This document shows, piece after piece, positions 1 to 11,339 of a stretch of 64,000 nt of DNA. The notes below the pieces were generated by a model, which saw only the letters and a list, made by a program, of their open reading frames with translations, did no database searches and had not been told where the DNA came from. The DNA comes from Callorhinchus milii (taxonomy: Eukaryota). The translations under genes were made by a program, and so were the position numbers. Location: NCBI RefSeq assembly GCF_018977255.1, contig NW_024704743.1:7566001-7630000 (forward strand), given 5' to 3'. Each line of letters starts with the position of its first letter. Positions within the stretch are counted from its first letter, which is position 1.

Positions 1-1060
1 CTTCAAGACTTTCTCCCAATGTCAAAGGGGCCATATCAAATGTAAGGATTATTATAACTGTTTATTTTCATTTTTTTTAAAAAAGGAATTGCATCTGTTT
101 ATGTAGAATTTTAGTCTGGCAAACTTGAATTCAATCTTAAAGTTATTTTTCTGTAGCTCTTAAGAAACTTACAGAAAAGTGGCTTCAGAAAATTAACAAA
201 TCAGTCCTTCAACATACTTATATATCCTGTGACTTGCTTTGAGATGTCGTCCTGAAGTGAAATGTAATATGTAAAGATTATTATTATGATTATTATTATT
301 TTGTTGCACAAAAATTTACCCCGTCTACTTTGCTGAGACTCTTTCCCTCCCTTTAAGCATTCCAAACTTTGGTATAAAAAATAGCTTCAGATTTTGATAC
401 GTTTGTCTAAGTGGTTTTAAAATCTGTGCAGGGGAGTCAAACACTCAAGACCACTGCAGCACAGAAAGATAAAATGTGTGGTGTGCGCTTTCATGAAAGA
501 CCAATAAATATCACTCATATTGGGAGTGGAATAATGGTGGGATTGTGTTACGAGGCTGTAACATGCCTGAGCGATCTTTAGGACATAAATCATGAGAGTG
601 AGGTTCAAACAGTTGTTAGAACACCAGACCTCAGCGCACTGCCAGCAATCAATTACAATGAACATTTTTTCTTAAGTTACTTTGTACAACATGACTCCCT
701 TCATCAGATCCTCTACCCCATACGCTATTCTCAAGATGGGAGAGCAAGACCACAGGCAACCTTCAGGCTTCTGTCAATGCTGCTGTGTAAGCAGCCACTG
801 ATCATTCTTCCTTCAAACTATAGCAATAGTAATAATAGCACCTTAACACATAATCAAAACATCTCAAAGAGCTTCACAGGATTTATTATAAAGTGTTTTA
901 CAGTAAAGCCTCTCATTCTTTGGGGCTGCTTTGCTTCCACTTTGAGTCCTCCCGTGATGTGAAGGCCATCAAATTCACAAATAATAATAGTACTAATAAT
1001 AATCCTTGCATTTGATATAGCGCTTTATCACATCTTCGAGGCGTTTCAAAGCCTTCACAG

Positions 1061-1422
1061 AATAATAATAATAATAATCCTTGCATTTGATATAGCGCTT
1101 TTCACGTCGGAAGGACGTCCCAAAGTGCTTCACAGAACACACTGTAAAGTGAATTGACTGTATATTTGTGAGCGAACACGACAGCCAATTGCTCCCAGCA
1201 GTGTCCCACAAACAATCGTAGATTAAGTAACCAATATATTTTTAAAATTACTTTGAAGAGATTATTATCTTGGAAAAGCAAGAATCGATTCCTACTTACT
1301 GCTAGGTGAACAGATGGGTGTGGAGTAAGGAAACTTGCCCAAGTTTCACCCTGCCCGGGAATTGAACCCGCGTCCTCTACGCTTGCGAGGCGATTATTTT
1401 AACCACTGAGCTACAGGACTCC
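1061..1422 (-). mobile_element. tRNA-derived SINE, long form (tRNA head + Nin-like + Deu-like domain + L2-type tail, (TTA)n end)
   Basis: Reverse strand begins GGAGTCCTGTAGCTCAGTGGTTAAAA...GGGTTCAATTCCCGGGCAGGG (Pol III A/B boxes), then CTTGGGCAAGTTTCCTTACTCCACAC...CCTAGCAGTAAGTAGG, TTTGTGGGACACTGCTG, and ends TATATCAAATGCAAGGA(TTA)n. A second tail fragment lies at 980-1060. Confidence 0.9.
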
Positions 1423-1479
1423 ACGCTCCACTGGCTGGGTGTAATGCTGGAATATCTGCTACTGTGCTGGCTTTCATAT

Positions 1480-1812
1480 GGAGTCCTGTAGCTCAGTGGT
1501 TAGAGCACTCGCCTTGCAAACGAGAGGCCTGGGTTCGATTCCCGGCAGGGCGAAACCTTGGGCAAGTTTCCTTACTCTACAAGCCTGGTAATAATCCCTC
1601 AAGAAAAAACCCAATAACAATTTGGTCACTCAATCCACAACTGTTTGTGGGACACTGCTGTGCACAATTGGCTGCCGTGTTTCGCCCACAAATGTACAGT
1701 CAATTCACTTTACAGTATAATCTGTGAAGCGTTTTGAGACATCTAGAAGACCTGAAAAACGCTAAATCAAATGCAAGGATTATTAATATTATTATTACTA
1801 TTACTATTATTA
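1480..1812 (+). mobile_element. tRNA-derived SINE, short (internally deleted) form
   Basis: GGAGTCCTGTAGCTCAGTGGTTAGAGCACTCGCCTTGCAAACGAGAGGCCTGGGTTCGATTCCCGGCAGGG head, Deu-like core CTGTTTGTGGGACACTGCTGTGCACAATTGGCTGCC, tail CAAATGCAAGGATTATT. Confidence 0.92.
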
Positions 1813-3262
1813 TATCTGCCATCAGGACAAATCAGCACTGCCGTATCGTGAACACTCTCAGTGCATTTTATGTACTTTAGCCTTCAATAATGTGACATTA
1901 ATTTGTAGCACTAAATGTAATATCATAACAGATTGACTTACGTCACCTATTCGTTTAATAATAGCCTTCAGCCATTCTGCCCCCGGTCTCTGGAACTCAA
2001 TCTTAGAGTCTCTCTGATTCATCCCCATGAAAGGCGCTCTATCAAATGCAAGGATTATTATTATATTATTATAAAGCACTTGGGGACATTTTCCAGAAAG
2101 GTGCTATATAAATGTAAATTGTATTTCAATCATAATAATAAAAATAATCCTTGCTTTTGATTAACCCCTTTCATGTCAGGAGGACATTTCAAAGCACTTC
2201 ACTGGATATACTGTAAAGTGTAGTGACTGTAAGTTTTTGCAGGTAAACACAGCAACAATGTCCCATAAACAGCCGTGAAATGAAGCAATAACAAAATCTA
2301 TCTCTTCAACCTTTCCTTTCTCTTTCCCCTCCCTTCTTTCCCTGCCTTTTTTCCGAGCATAGCACTTTTGAGAACCTATCCTGCATGAAGGACACTATAT
2401 AAATCCTATGGCACTCTTCAAAAAGAGAAGGGAGTTTCTTGCAATGTTCTGGCCAACAATCTCGCAGATAAAATTAATCATTCACTTCATGGCTATTTGT
2501 GGGACATTGCTGTATGCAAATTGGCTGCCGGTTAATTATAATACAATACACAAATTCATATTTATGTAGCACCTTTCATGTCAGGAGAATATTTTAAAGG
2601 TTCACCTACAAAATACAGTCACTATACAGTGAATCCTGTGAAGCACTTTGAGACGTCCTCCCAATGTGAAAGGTGCTATATCGAATGAAAGAACTATTAT
2701 TATTAATTATCAATATAAAGTGTTGTTGTTGTAGATGGTGGTACCTACTAGGTTTTGTATTAAATTAAGTAACTAGAGTTAAGCGACCGGAAAACTTTCT
2801 TCTAAAATGCAGCTTTAATATTTTTGAATTAGTGTACTGCTTGTTTCTTTTAAAGCCCCATTGCTACGAAGGCGGATTTATATTTTAGGTTGCGCCAATT
2901 TGTTTTGTTTTGACAACAGAACAGTTTGTTTTGATTCAGTCAGACAGCTGTAATATAGGAGGATCACCAGCAGGCTAGTATTATCCCTAGATTTGCCCTC
3001 CTATCTTTACACTCCCCGAGGCACCAAACGCTTTCCCAAGGGAACTTGAGTGGTGAACAGTGTAAATAACCGAAAGTTAAGTAGTTATTAAATAGCCATT
3101 CGTTTCACATGATGGCTCAGCGTATGCTTACACTGATCAACCATCGTTTTGTCTGCTTCCCTTGTTAAACTCAAGACGTAAGCGAGGCTGGTGTTGTAAA
3201 ACCCTGATGGATTAAGTTCACTCTTGTCAAGTAAAGTGTTGACCTTGAAGGAAATGAATGGC

Positions 3263-3520
3263 TGGTCTCGCAGTTTCAGTGGGAACGAGTGTCTGACTCT
3301 CGGCTAGGTCACAGGATCGAGTCCCAGGGATTCCAAGCAGTCGAGAGTCTCCTCCCTCAGTTGTCACTCCATAACGTCCCATCTGAGACATCTTTTCTGA
3401 AGACTGAAGAGCCCTAGCTTGTCTAATCATTGCTCAGCCTGGAGTGTCCATGCTGGCATGAGGTAAACCTCACATTGGGATTTGCCAGACAGACACTGAT
3501 CACTAAAAGTAATGATCTTA
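3263..3520 (+). mobile_element. possible ancient tRNA-derived SINE (unclassified)
   Basis: Degenerate tRNA-like head: GCAGTTTCAGTGG (A-box-like) and GGATCGAGTCCC (B-box-like). The body does not match other SINEs in the window. Confidence 0.3.
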
Positions 3521-3580
3521 ACAATCTTTTCATTGTGTTTTCTGAGTAATAGCGCTCCTCCCCACTCACCCAACCCCTGC

Positions 3581-3598
3581 CACACACACACACACACA
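3581..3598. repeat. (CA)n microsatellite
   Basis: Direct read. Confidence 0.9.
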
Positions 3599-3639
3599 TA
3601 CTGACATACTGGCATATTGTAAATCACAAGATTAGTTTG

Positions 3640-4045
3640 GATGAAGATTGGCCCTTTGACCCATCTGATCTCATCCGTCTACAACACCAACGTGACAGTC
3701 AACCCCGTCATAGCATCAAGGTGTTTTGATGCTATGACGGGGTTGATATGTTGACATGTAATGTCATGGTTGACATGTAATGTCCTGGCCTTAACCGTCT
3801 TTCTTGCCAACCTGTTCCAGTCCATAATTACCCTCTGGATTAAGAAAAACTTCCTGGTGCCAATCCCGCAACTCTAAACCTATACCCTCTTCTTCTACTG
3901 TCTTGATGCATTATGAAGTATTGTTCTGGGTTTACTTCCTTAATCCCATTTAAAATACTACACACTTCTATAATACCCCCTCTGAAAGGTATTTTCACAA
4001 CACTGAAGAGCTTGTCATAGCTCATTCCTCTAACACTGGAGATCA
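3640..4045 (-). mobile_element. CR1 LINE 3' fragment, old
   Basis: Translates as ...GGIIEVCSILNGIKEVNPEQYFIMHQDSRRRGYRFR, the CR1 ORF2 C-terminal motif RGDLIEVYKILxG...RTRGH. Confidence 0.8.
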
Positions 4046-4339
4046 TATATAGCATTTATAAGGAGGTGGATTGGCTGAGCTGCCCTTCAGGAGCTGATGT
4101 GCGGTTGGCACTGAGCGCATTCTGGTAATTAATATTCAATACTGATAATAATAATAAACAAATGTTACATTTGCTATAGCACATCACATTACATCACATT
4201 ATCACATCATTGAAATGTCTCAAAGCACTTCACAGGATGTACTGCCAAGTGTAGTGACTGTGTATTTTGTAAGCAACTGTGGTAGCCAATTTACACACTG
4301 CAATGTCCGTTGAGCAATTAACATTATGTTAGACAGTGA

Positions 4340-5300
4340 TATAGTTGAATTCGAAGCAAGGGTCTTAAATTTAAATAAAGCCAACTTTGTGGGTATGAGA
4401 GACGATTTGGCTAAAATAGACAGGGAAATTAGATTAAAAAATATAACGTTAGACCAGCAAATGTTTAAAGATATAATACATAATTCCCAGCGATTACATA
4501 TTCCCTTGAAAGATAAAAATACCATGGGAAAAGTGGTTCACCTTGGCTAATTAGAGAAGTTAGGGAATGTATAAAATTAAAAGAAGAGGCCTATAATACT
4601 TCCAAAAAGAGCAGTAAACCTGAGGATTGGTAGGGCTTTAGAGATTCACTAGGTTGGTTCCTGGGATGAGGGGGTTGACCTATGAGGATAGGTTAAGTAA
4701 ACTGGGCCTATATTCTCCAGAATATAGAAGAATTAAGGATGATCTTATAGAAACATATAAGATTCTTAAGGGTCTTGACAGGGTAGATGCCCTGAGACTG
4801 TTTCCTCTGGTTGGAAAATCTAAAACTAGGGGTCATAGTTTCACGATTAAGGATCAGCCTTTTCGAACTGAGTTGAGGAAACATTTCTTCACTCAGAGGC
4901 TGGTGAATTTGTGAAATTCTCTACCCTAGAAGACTGTGGATGCTCAGTCCTTGAACATATTAAAGACTGAGGTTGATAGATTTCTAAAGGATAGAGGGAT
5001 TCATGGATAATAATAATAATAATAATAATAATCCTTGCATTTGATATAGCGCTTTTCACGTCGGGAGGACGTCCCAAAGCGCTTCACAGAACACACTGTA
5101 AAGTGAATTGACTGTATATTTGTGGGCGAACGCGGCAGCCAATTGCGCACAGCAATGTCCCACAAACAGTCGTAGATTGAAAATGGATATGGGGATAGGG
5201 CAGGTAAATGGAATTAGGTTAGAAGATCAGTCATGATCTTATTAAATAGCGGGGCAGTCTCGAGGGGCTGAATGACCTACTCCTGCTCCTATGTCTTATG
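4340..5300 (+). mobile_element. CR1 LINE remnant with large internal deletion, interrupted by a SINE
   Basis: RVLNLNKANFVGMRDDLAKID (post-endonuclease region) is joined at ~4645 to MVPGMRGLTYEDRLSKLGLYS...DLIETYKILKGLDRVD...KTRGHS...FFTQRLVNL (ORF2 C-terminus). 3'UTR ends CCTACTCCTGCTCCTATGTCTTATG. Confidence 0.92.
5010..5182 (-). mobile_element. young 5'-truncated SINE inserted in CR1, flanked by ATGGATA direct repeats
   Basis: ATGGATA at 5003-5009 and 5183-5189. Body nearly identical to the copies at 26550 and 31297. Confidence 0.9.
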
Positions 5301-6538
5301 GTCCCCAAAACAGCAATGAAATCAATAATGATCTTTAGTCAGGACATCATGAGAATCTCCCTTCTCTTTTTCAAAGAGAGCCATAGAATCATTAACATCT
5401 CATCCATAGGATGGCACCCGTGATATGCAGATTAACCCCAGCTCTACACTGGAGTATCATCTTGAAGTCCTGACATAAGGCTTGAACCCACAAACTTCTG
5501 ACTCAAGGCAAGATTGAGTGATCTTTCAAATTAGTCCAAACGTTACAGCAGCTTGTAGTTGTATAGTGCATTTCACACAGTGAAACGTCTCCAAGTGGGA
5601 GTTAAACATAGGTGGATACAAGATGATCTTTCAAATGAAGAGATTGTGTCACATTGACCTTAAACTTATCCATCATTTTGACAGATCTCTGGTAAAGAAG
5701 AGCTCAGCATTAGCTATTCTTCAGCAAACCATCAATTTCCAATCGAACATACACAATCTCAAAGCAAGCCTGTAAAACTCTTCAAAAACAAAGCTCAGAG
5801 TAACTTCTAGATATAGGGAAGGAAATGTGGGATCCTCCATTTTTTTTTATCCCAAAAGGTCCGCTATTTTATTGGAAAATAGCAATAATAATAAACCTTG
5901 CATTTGATATAACACTTTTCACGTCAGGAGGATGTCTCAAAGTTCATCACAGGATTTACTCTAAAGGGTAATGACTGTATATTTTGTTGGATGAACACAG
6001 TAGCTAATTTGCACACAGAAGCACCCTACAAACAACAACAACAACAAATTATATTTGTATAGCGCCTTTCACGTCAGGAGAACGTCCCACAACAGCCATG
6101 GAGTGACTAATTTTTTATCCTGGGGCTTGGTGGCCAGGATGTGTGTTATATGCAAACATGTGTACAGACAAGGCAACATTGCCTTTTAAGTACAAGTCCA
6201 AACTGTATCTGTTCCATAATAAATGTGAAAAATTATGAGAACATGACGACTTCATTTAGAAAAAGTGCACAATCTGTGATTGTTTGCTAATGGCTTGCCA
6301 CAATGTAACCGAATATTTCTATCATAATATTTTTGGCAATAAAAATCTTTTGTGAAATTTAAATCTTAGTTCTGAATCAGACATACGAGACAATCTAAGC
6401 TGGAACGAGAGCTCACGATGAAATGCAAGTCTCCCTTGGGTGTGATCAGTGTTCTAGGGTCTGCCTTCACACAGCCAAAGCAATGTTTTCAGATGGCTCA
6501 TGTTTCAGGGAAGCTGAACTCCACAGCAGCTGGAGAGA

Positions 6539-7295
6539 CTGTGTATCTGGACTCTTATCAGCTGTGTATCTGGACTATCAGCTGTGTATCTGGACTCTTA
6601 TCAGCTGTGTATCTGGACTCTATTAACTGTGTATCTGGACTATCAGCTGTGTATCTGGACTATCAGCTGTATATCTGGACTATCAACTGTGCATCTGGAC
6701 TATCAGCTGTATATCTGGGCTCTGTCAGCTGTGTAGCTGGGCTATCAGCTGTGTATCTGGACTCTTATCAGCTGTGTATCTGGATTCTATCAGCTGTGTA
6801 TCTGGAAACTATCAGTTGTGTATCTGGACTTTATCAGCTGTGTATCTGGGCTCTGTCAGCTGTGTAGCTGGGCTATCAGCTGTGTATCTGGACTCTTATC
6901 AGCTGTGTATCTGGATTCTATCAGCTGTGTATCTGGACTATCAGTTGTGTATCTGGACTTTATCAGCTGTGTATCTGGACTCTTATCAGCTGTGTATCTG
7001 GACGTTATCAGCTGTGTATCTGGACTCTGTCAGCTGTGTAGCTGGGCTATCAGCTGTGTATCTGGATATCAGCTGTGTATCTGGATTCTATCAGCTGTGT
7101 AGCTGGACTATCAGTTGTGTATTTGGACTCTGTCAGCTGTGTAGCTGGGCTATCAGCTGGGTATCTGGACTATCAGCTGTGTATCTGGATATCAGCTGTG
7201 TATCTGGACCGTCAGCTGTGTGTCTGGACTCTACCAGCTGTGTGTCTGGATTGTATCTGCTGTGTATCTGGATTATATCTGCTGTGTATCTGGAC
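6539..7295. repeat. minisatellite, ~19-23-bp monomer TATCAGCTGTGTATCTGGAC(TCT), with ~130-bp higher-order unit
   Basis: Roughly 35 tandem monomers read directly. Block 6721-6851 recurs almost exactly from 6852. Confidence 0.97.
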
Positions 7296-7513
7296 ACTCT
7301 CAGGTCAGATTTGATTATTGAAGACCTGGGATTAATAATTCATGTATTAGAAACATCACTAAAAGTAACTGAAGTCAGAATGCTAGAAAAGATAAAGAGG
7401 AGATGGTGAAAAGGCAGAAGGTAGAGAAGAGCAAAGTGGAAAGACATATGAAAGAAAGAGGAGAGGCAAATAGAAGTTTTTCTTTTTATTCGTTTATCTC
7501 TTCTCTTCCTCTG

Positions 7514-8140
7514 TGTCAGCCTGGCTCAGTTGGTAGCACTCTCGGCTCTGAGTCGGAAGGCTGTGGGTTTAAGCCTCACGTTGGGATTTGAAACTCATAT
7601 ACACTAGGTGGCACTAACGCGCATTATCAAGAAGACAAGAGAAAGGGAAGAAGGAGCAATAGAACTGCATCATTATCGAGTTAAATTGAAACTGAAGCCA
7701 CATGCACAAAGTATGTCATACACTTGGAAATAAAAATAAAATCTTTAATGTTAAAACTACGGTAAATATCGCTTCTTCCTCTTCTTTTTATTGAGCATGA
7801 GCGAGATACCACCAATTTATAATCCACCATTTGGAGACACCTGGTTTTGGCTGACACTCCAATACAGTACTGGGGTGGGAGGCTGCATTTATGAGCTGCT
7901 GTTCTTCCGATGATAAGGTAAACCGAGGTCCTTCCCACCTGCCTGTTCAGGTGAATGCTTAAGATCTCATGGCACTATATGAAACGAGAAGGGAGTTTCT
8001 CTCGGTGTATAGAATTAGTCATTCAATTCATGGCTGTTTGTGGGACACTGCTGTGCGCAAATTCACTGCCAGGTTCGTCTACAAATACACAACCACAAAA
8101 TTTTCTAGTTTATCCTGAGGTGTTTAAGCACTCTGAGACG
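7514..8140 (+). mobile_element. older DeuSINE (SacSINE1/AmnSINE1-like), interrupted
   Basis: Head GTCAGCCTGGCTCAGTTGGTAGCACTCTCGGCTCTGAGTCGGAAGG at 7514. Body GGCTGACACTCC...AAACCGAGGTCC...CTGCCTGTTCAGGTG...ATGGCACTA resumes at ~7848. Confidence 0.8.
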
Positions 8141-8488
8141 TTACCCTGGAAGTTGTTGTTGTTGAAGTGCTTTAAAATGTCATTTGGGGGTAGATACTAA
8201 GAGGAAGCCACAAGGAGGGAAGTCCAGTCAGTCTAGTGCTCACAGCCACCTCCAACAACGAGCTGAAGAGACCTTTTACATCGCACCTTTCACTTCAACA
8301 ACAACAACAAGATTACATTTGTATAGTGCCTTTCGTGGCGGGAGGACGTTTTAAGGCGCTGGAGGATGTCTCAAAGAGCTTTGCATGATATACCATAAAA
8401 ATATTTGGAATGTTTGACTTTAGTATCATTAGCTATCTATCTATCAGTAATAACAATCATAATATTTCTCAGAACAACATATCAGTAT

Positions 8489-8735
8489 TATAATAATAAT
8501 AATCCTTGCATTTGATATAGTGCTTTTTACGTCTTCTAAACATCTCAAAGCGCTTCACAGAATATGCTGTCAAGTGAATTGAGTGTATATTTTGTGGGCG
8601 AAACACGGCAGCCAATTATGCACAGCAGTGTCCCACAAATAGACGTGGATAGAAAATGACCAATTTTATTATTGTTTTTGTTTTTGGAGGGATTATTATT
8701 AGACGTGTGGATTAAGGAAACTTGGCCAAGGTTTA
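8489..8735 (-). mobile_element. SINE, short form, 5'-truncated
   Basis: Matches the family tail and Deu-like core. Confidence 0.85.
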
Positions 8736-9459
8736 TGGAAGTGGAAGTTCAAAGAGATTTCATCCTCAGTGACTATTCCTCTTTTTTTGTTCATCTCTAT
8801 ATTTTATACAAATCTGTGGGATCTTCATGGTCAGAGCAGTCTCCCCGCTGATCGCAGCAGATTTCTGTGCCTATTACTGTTTATGGATGTATATAGCAGA
8901 AGTTCAGGTCATTGATGCTAACCATGCAACAGCTGTCGTTCAAATCCATTGAGGGCTTAAGGTTTCTTCTGCAGCTGACGGGGGGAACAAAAGGCCTTTT
9001 CTCATTTGATGCTTTTCTTACGTTCTTACAACAATACCTTAAAAAGGGAAATCCAGGCCCAACATCATTTCAATGTACAAAGGTCACTTTGTCTGTGTCA
9101 GTCCTATACCCTCAATGCCCCGTCTCAAGGACCGGGAAAGTGCATCCAGTGACTTCAATATCTTACGCTGTCAAGTTAATTATTTTAGTTAGGATTTCCT
9201 AATGTAAAGACCTAGTAAAAATCAACATTACAAAGAACCCACCCAGTCTGGTTAGAACAGAGCCTGTAGTGTGCACGTCAGCAGGAAACACTGAGATTTC
9301 TCTTTTGTCTCAATTCAACAGTTATTATTCCTGTGTTGTTTTCAGTTATTTGACTCTTAATCTGCAACTGAGTTGTAAGTGTACAGTAAACTCCTGATAA
9401 CTTGACTCATGATGCCTCTTGGCATCATGCTGTCAATAACCCTGCCACACTTATTGATG

Positions 9460-9810
9460 TAATAATAATAATAGTCCTTGCATTATCACATCTTTGCGAC
9501 GTCTCAAAGCGCTTCACAGAATATACTGTAAAGTGAATTGACTGTATATTTTGGGGGGAAAACGCACAGCAATATCCCACAATCAGTCGTGGATTGCATG
9601 ACCAAATTATTATTTATTTATTTTTTAAGGGATTTATTACCCCCCGAAAAGCGATCCGCCAATAGGCTAAAAATTAGGTTCCTACTTACTGCTGAGTGTG
9701 TGGAGGCGTGCGGAGTAGGGAAACCTGCCTAAGGTTTCGCCCTGCCAGGAATCAAATCCAGGTACTCTTGCTTGCGAGGTGAGTACTCTAACCTCTAAAC
9801 TACAGGATTA
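9460..9810 (-). mobile_element. SINE, long form
   Basis: Tail, CCCCCGAAAAGCGATCCGCC middle segment and tRNA head are all present. Confidence 0.85.
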
Positions 9811-11339
9811 TATATTTATACATATGCCTAACTCGCCACTCTAGATAACTCATCACTGAGCCCTCTTCTCTTGCAGTGACGAGGAGGCGTTTACTGTATG
9901 AGCTATAGTGTTGTAACTGTAGGTCTCAGCGACCCAAAGGAACCCAATGGTCCACTCGAACAGGTAAACGGGATCTCCTTTTAAAGGCTCATCTGACAGA
10001 TTGCACCTCCGCAATGCAACCCCCACACCTCTCCACCCCTCCAGCTCTGCATTGGACTGTTAACCTAGACCATGAGTTCAGAGGTGAGAGTGCTACCAAC
10101 TGAGTGAAGCTGACACCCTGGCCGAGAATAGACAGGAATTCTACTGGAATTTCTTATTAGGGAATCCCATTGCAAAGTGGAGGCGGGTAAGAAATGAAAT
10201 TTCCCCCAAAGATGTGAAATAATCCAAGAAATATGCAGCTCTTCTTGAAAGGTACAATTGCAGCTCAGTTGCTAAATTATCAGGCCTTTCAACATGTTGT
10301 GAAACGTTCAAAAAATGTTACACCTTACTCTGACATTGTCTGTTGATACATTACTCCAGCTACAGATGTCTGAGCTATCTCTCAAAACATTATTCAATCC
10401 ATTGATTCAAATTATCGAACAAGACCATGAGAGAGAAAGCTAGGTTGTGTTCAATTAAAAGCTTTGGTAGCGAGATATTTAAGTAATGTTTCATTATAAT
10501 GTTCTTACCCGGCTCAAACAGAGTGACTGCATCCTTTATCTTTTTGGGCTAATGTGCGTAAGTCACTTCCCTGATAAGCACCGAAGTACAATACCCACCT
10601 AAACTGTTGCAGTTCTGTCTGAAACTGAGTGGCAGTATATCTCTGCACCACAAAGTAGGTTTTGTCTTGCTGAAATTTGTTCTGCGTCAAGTAAGATAAA
10701 TGAAAGTGTTTAAGGGTGATTCAGACATTTGCCAATAAGCATTGTGGCTCTGATGACGTGTGCTTACAAAGATCTCACCACACATGCATGTCGGCATTCT
10801 AGTAACACTTAGCAACAAGGGTCCTATCAACCACAGAACTGTACAGATTTATAACTCAATAGGGAGCCACCTAGCAGGAATCAACCGGTTGGAGACCCCT
10901 GACCTGGACTGTGAGTTAAAGTTGTCAACGTGGGATGTGAACCCATAACCTTCAGACTCAGAGGGAACAGTGCTATCAACTGAATCAAGTTACCACCCAA
11001 TACAACCCAATTGAAGAGTTTAAGAAGATAAATTTGAGAAGATTATCTTGAACATCCCCAGTGTTTCCATGATCTGAAATATCATTTTGAATTCACACCA
11101 ATGGGTAGAGCAGATGAATATTCTAGATTAAATGTCCTACGAGTCTGAAAGATCTGTGGTCTATGCTGAATCTATTTTCCTAGGAAAAAGGTTAAGCATC
11201 CCTCCATTTATGCCTCATTGTTTCTCTTTTGCTGGTTTATTTTAGGCCCTTATCTATTTTGTGAACCTTTGGTCTTCTAAGCCCTATATTGTTATATTTA
11301 TTCTTATTCTTTGTTGTAATATCTGACAAGAGTGGTTCA

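Noticed and set aside
1480..1551. tRNA-Ala(TGC)-like gene (also at 18282, 26875, 54349, 59201)
   Set aside because: The acceptor stem does not pair, and the sequence runs directly into SINE body and tail.
3067..3078. ATAACCGAAAGT matching the 3' end of miR-9-3p
   Set aside because: Only 12 nt match; there is no TCTTTGGTTATCTAGCT 5p arm or hairpin.
6539..7295. CRISPR-like array
   Set aside because: No unique spacers and no cas genes; vertebrate context. It is a tandem repeat.
6418..7409. ORFs of 149, 211, 94 and 79 aa
   Set aside because: They are translations of the minisatellite (SAVYLD / YQLCIW / ISCVSG in rotating frames), not a gene.
9877..9963. Apparent exon (strong polypyrimidine acceptor, CAG|gtaaac donor)
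   Set aside because: Stops in all three frames, and the donor lies within a SINE remnant.
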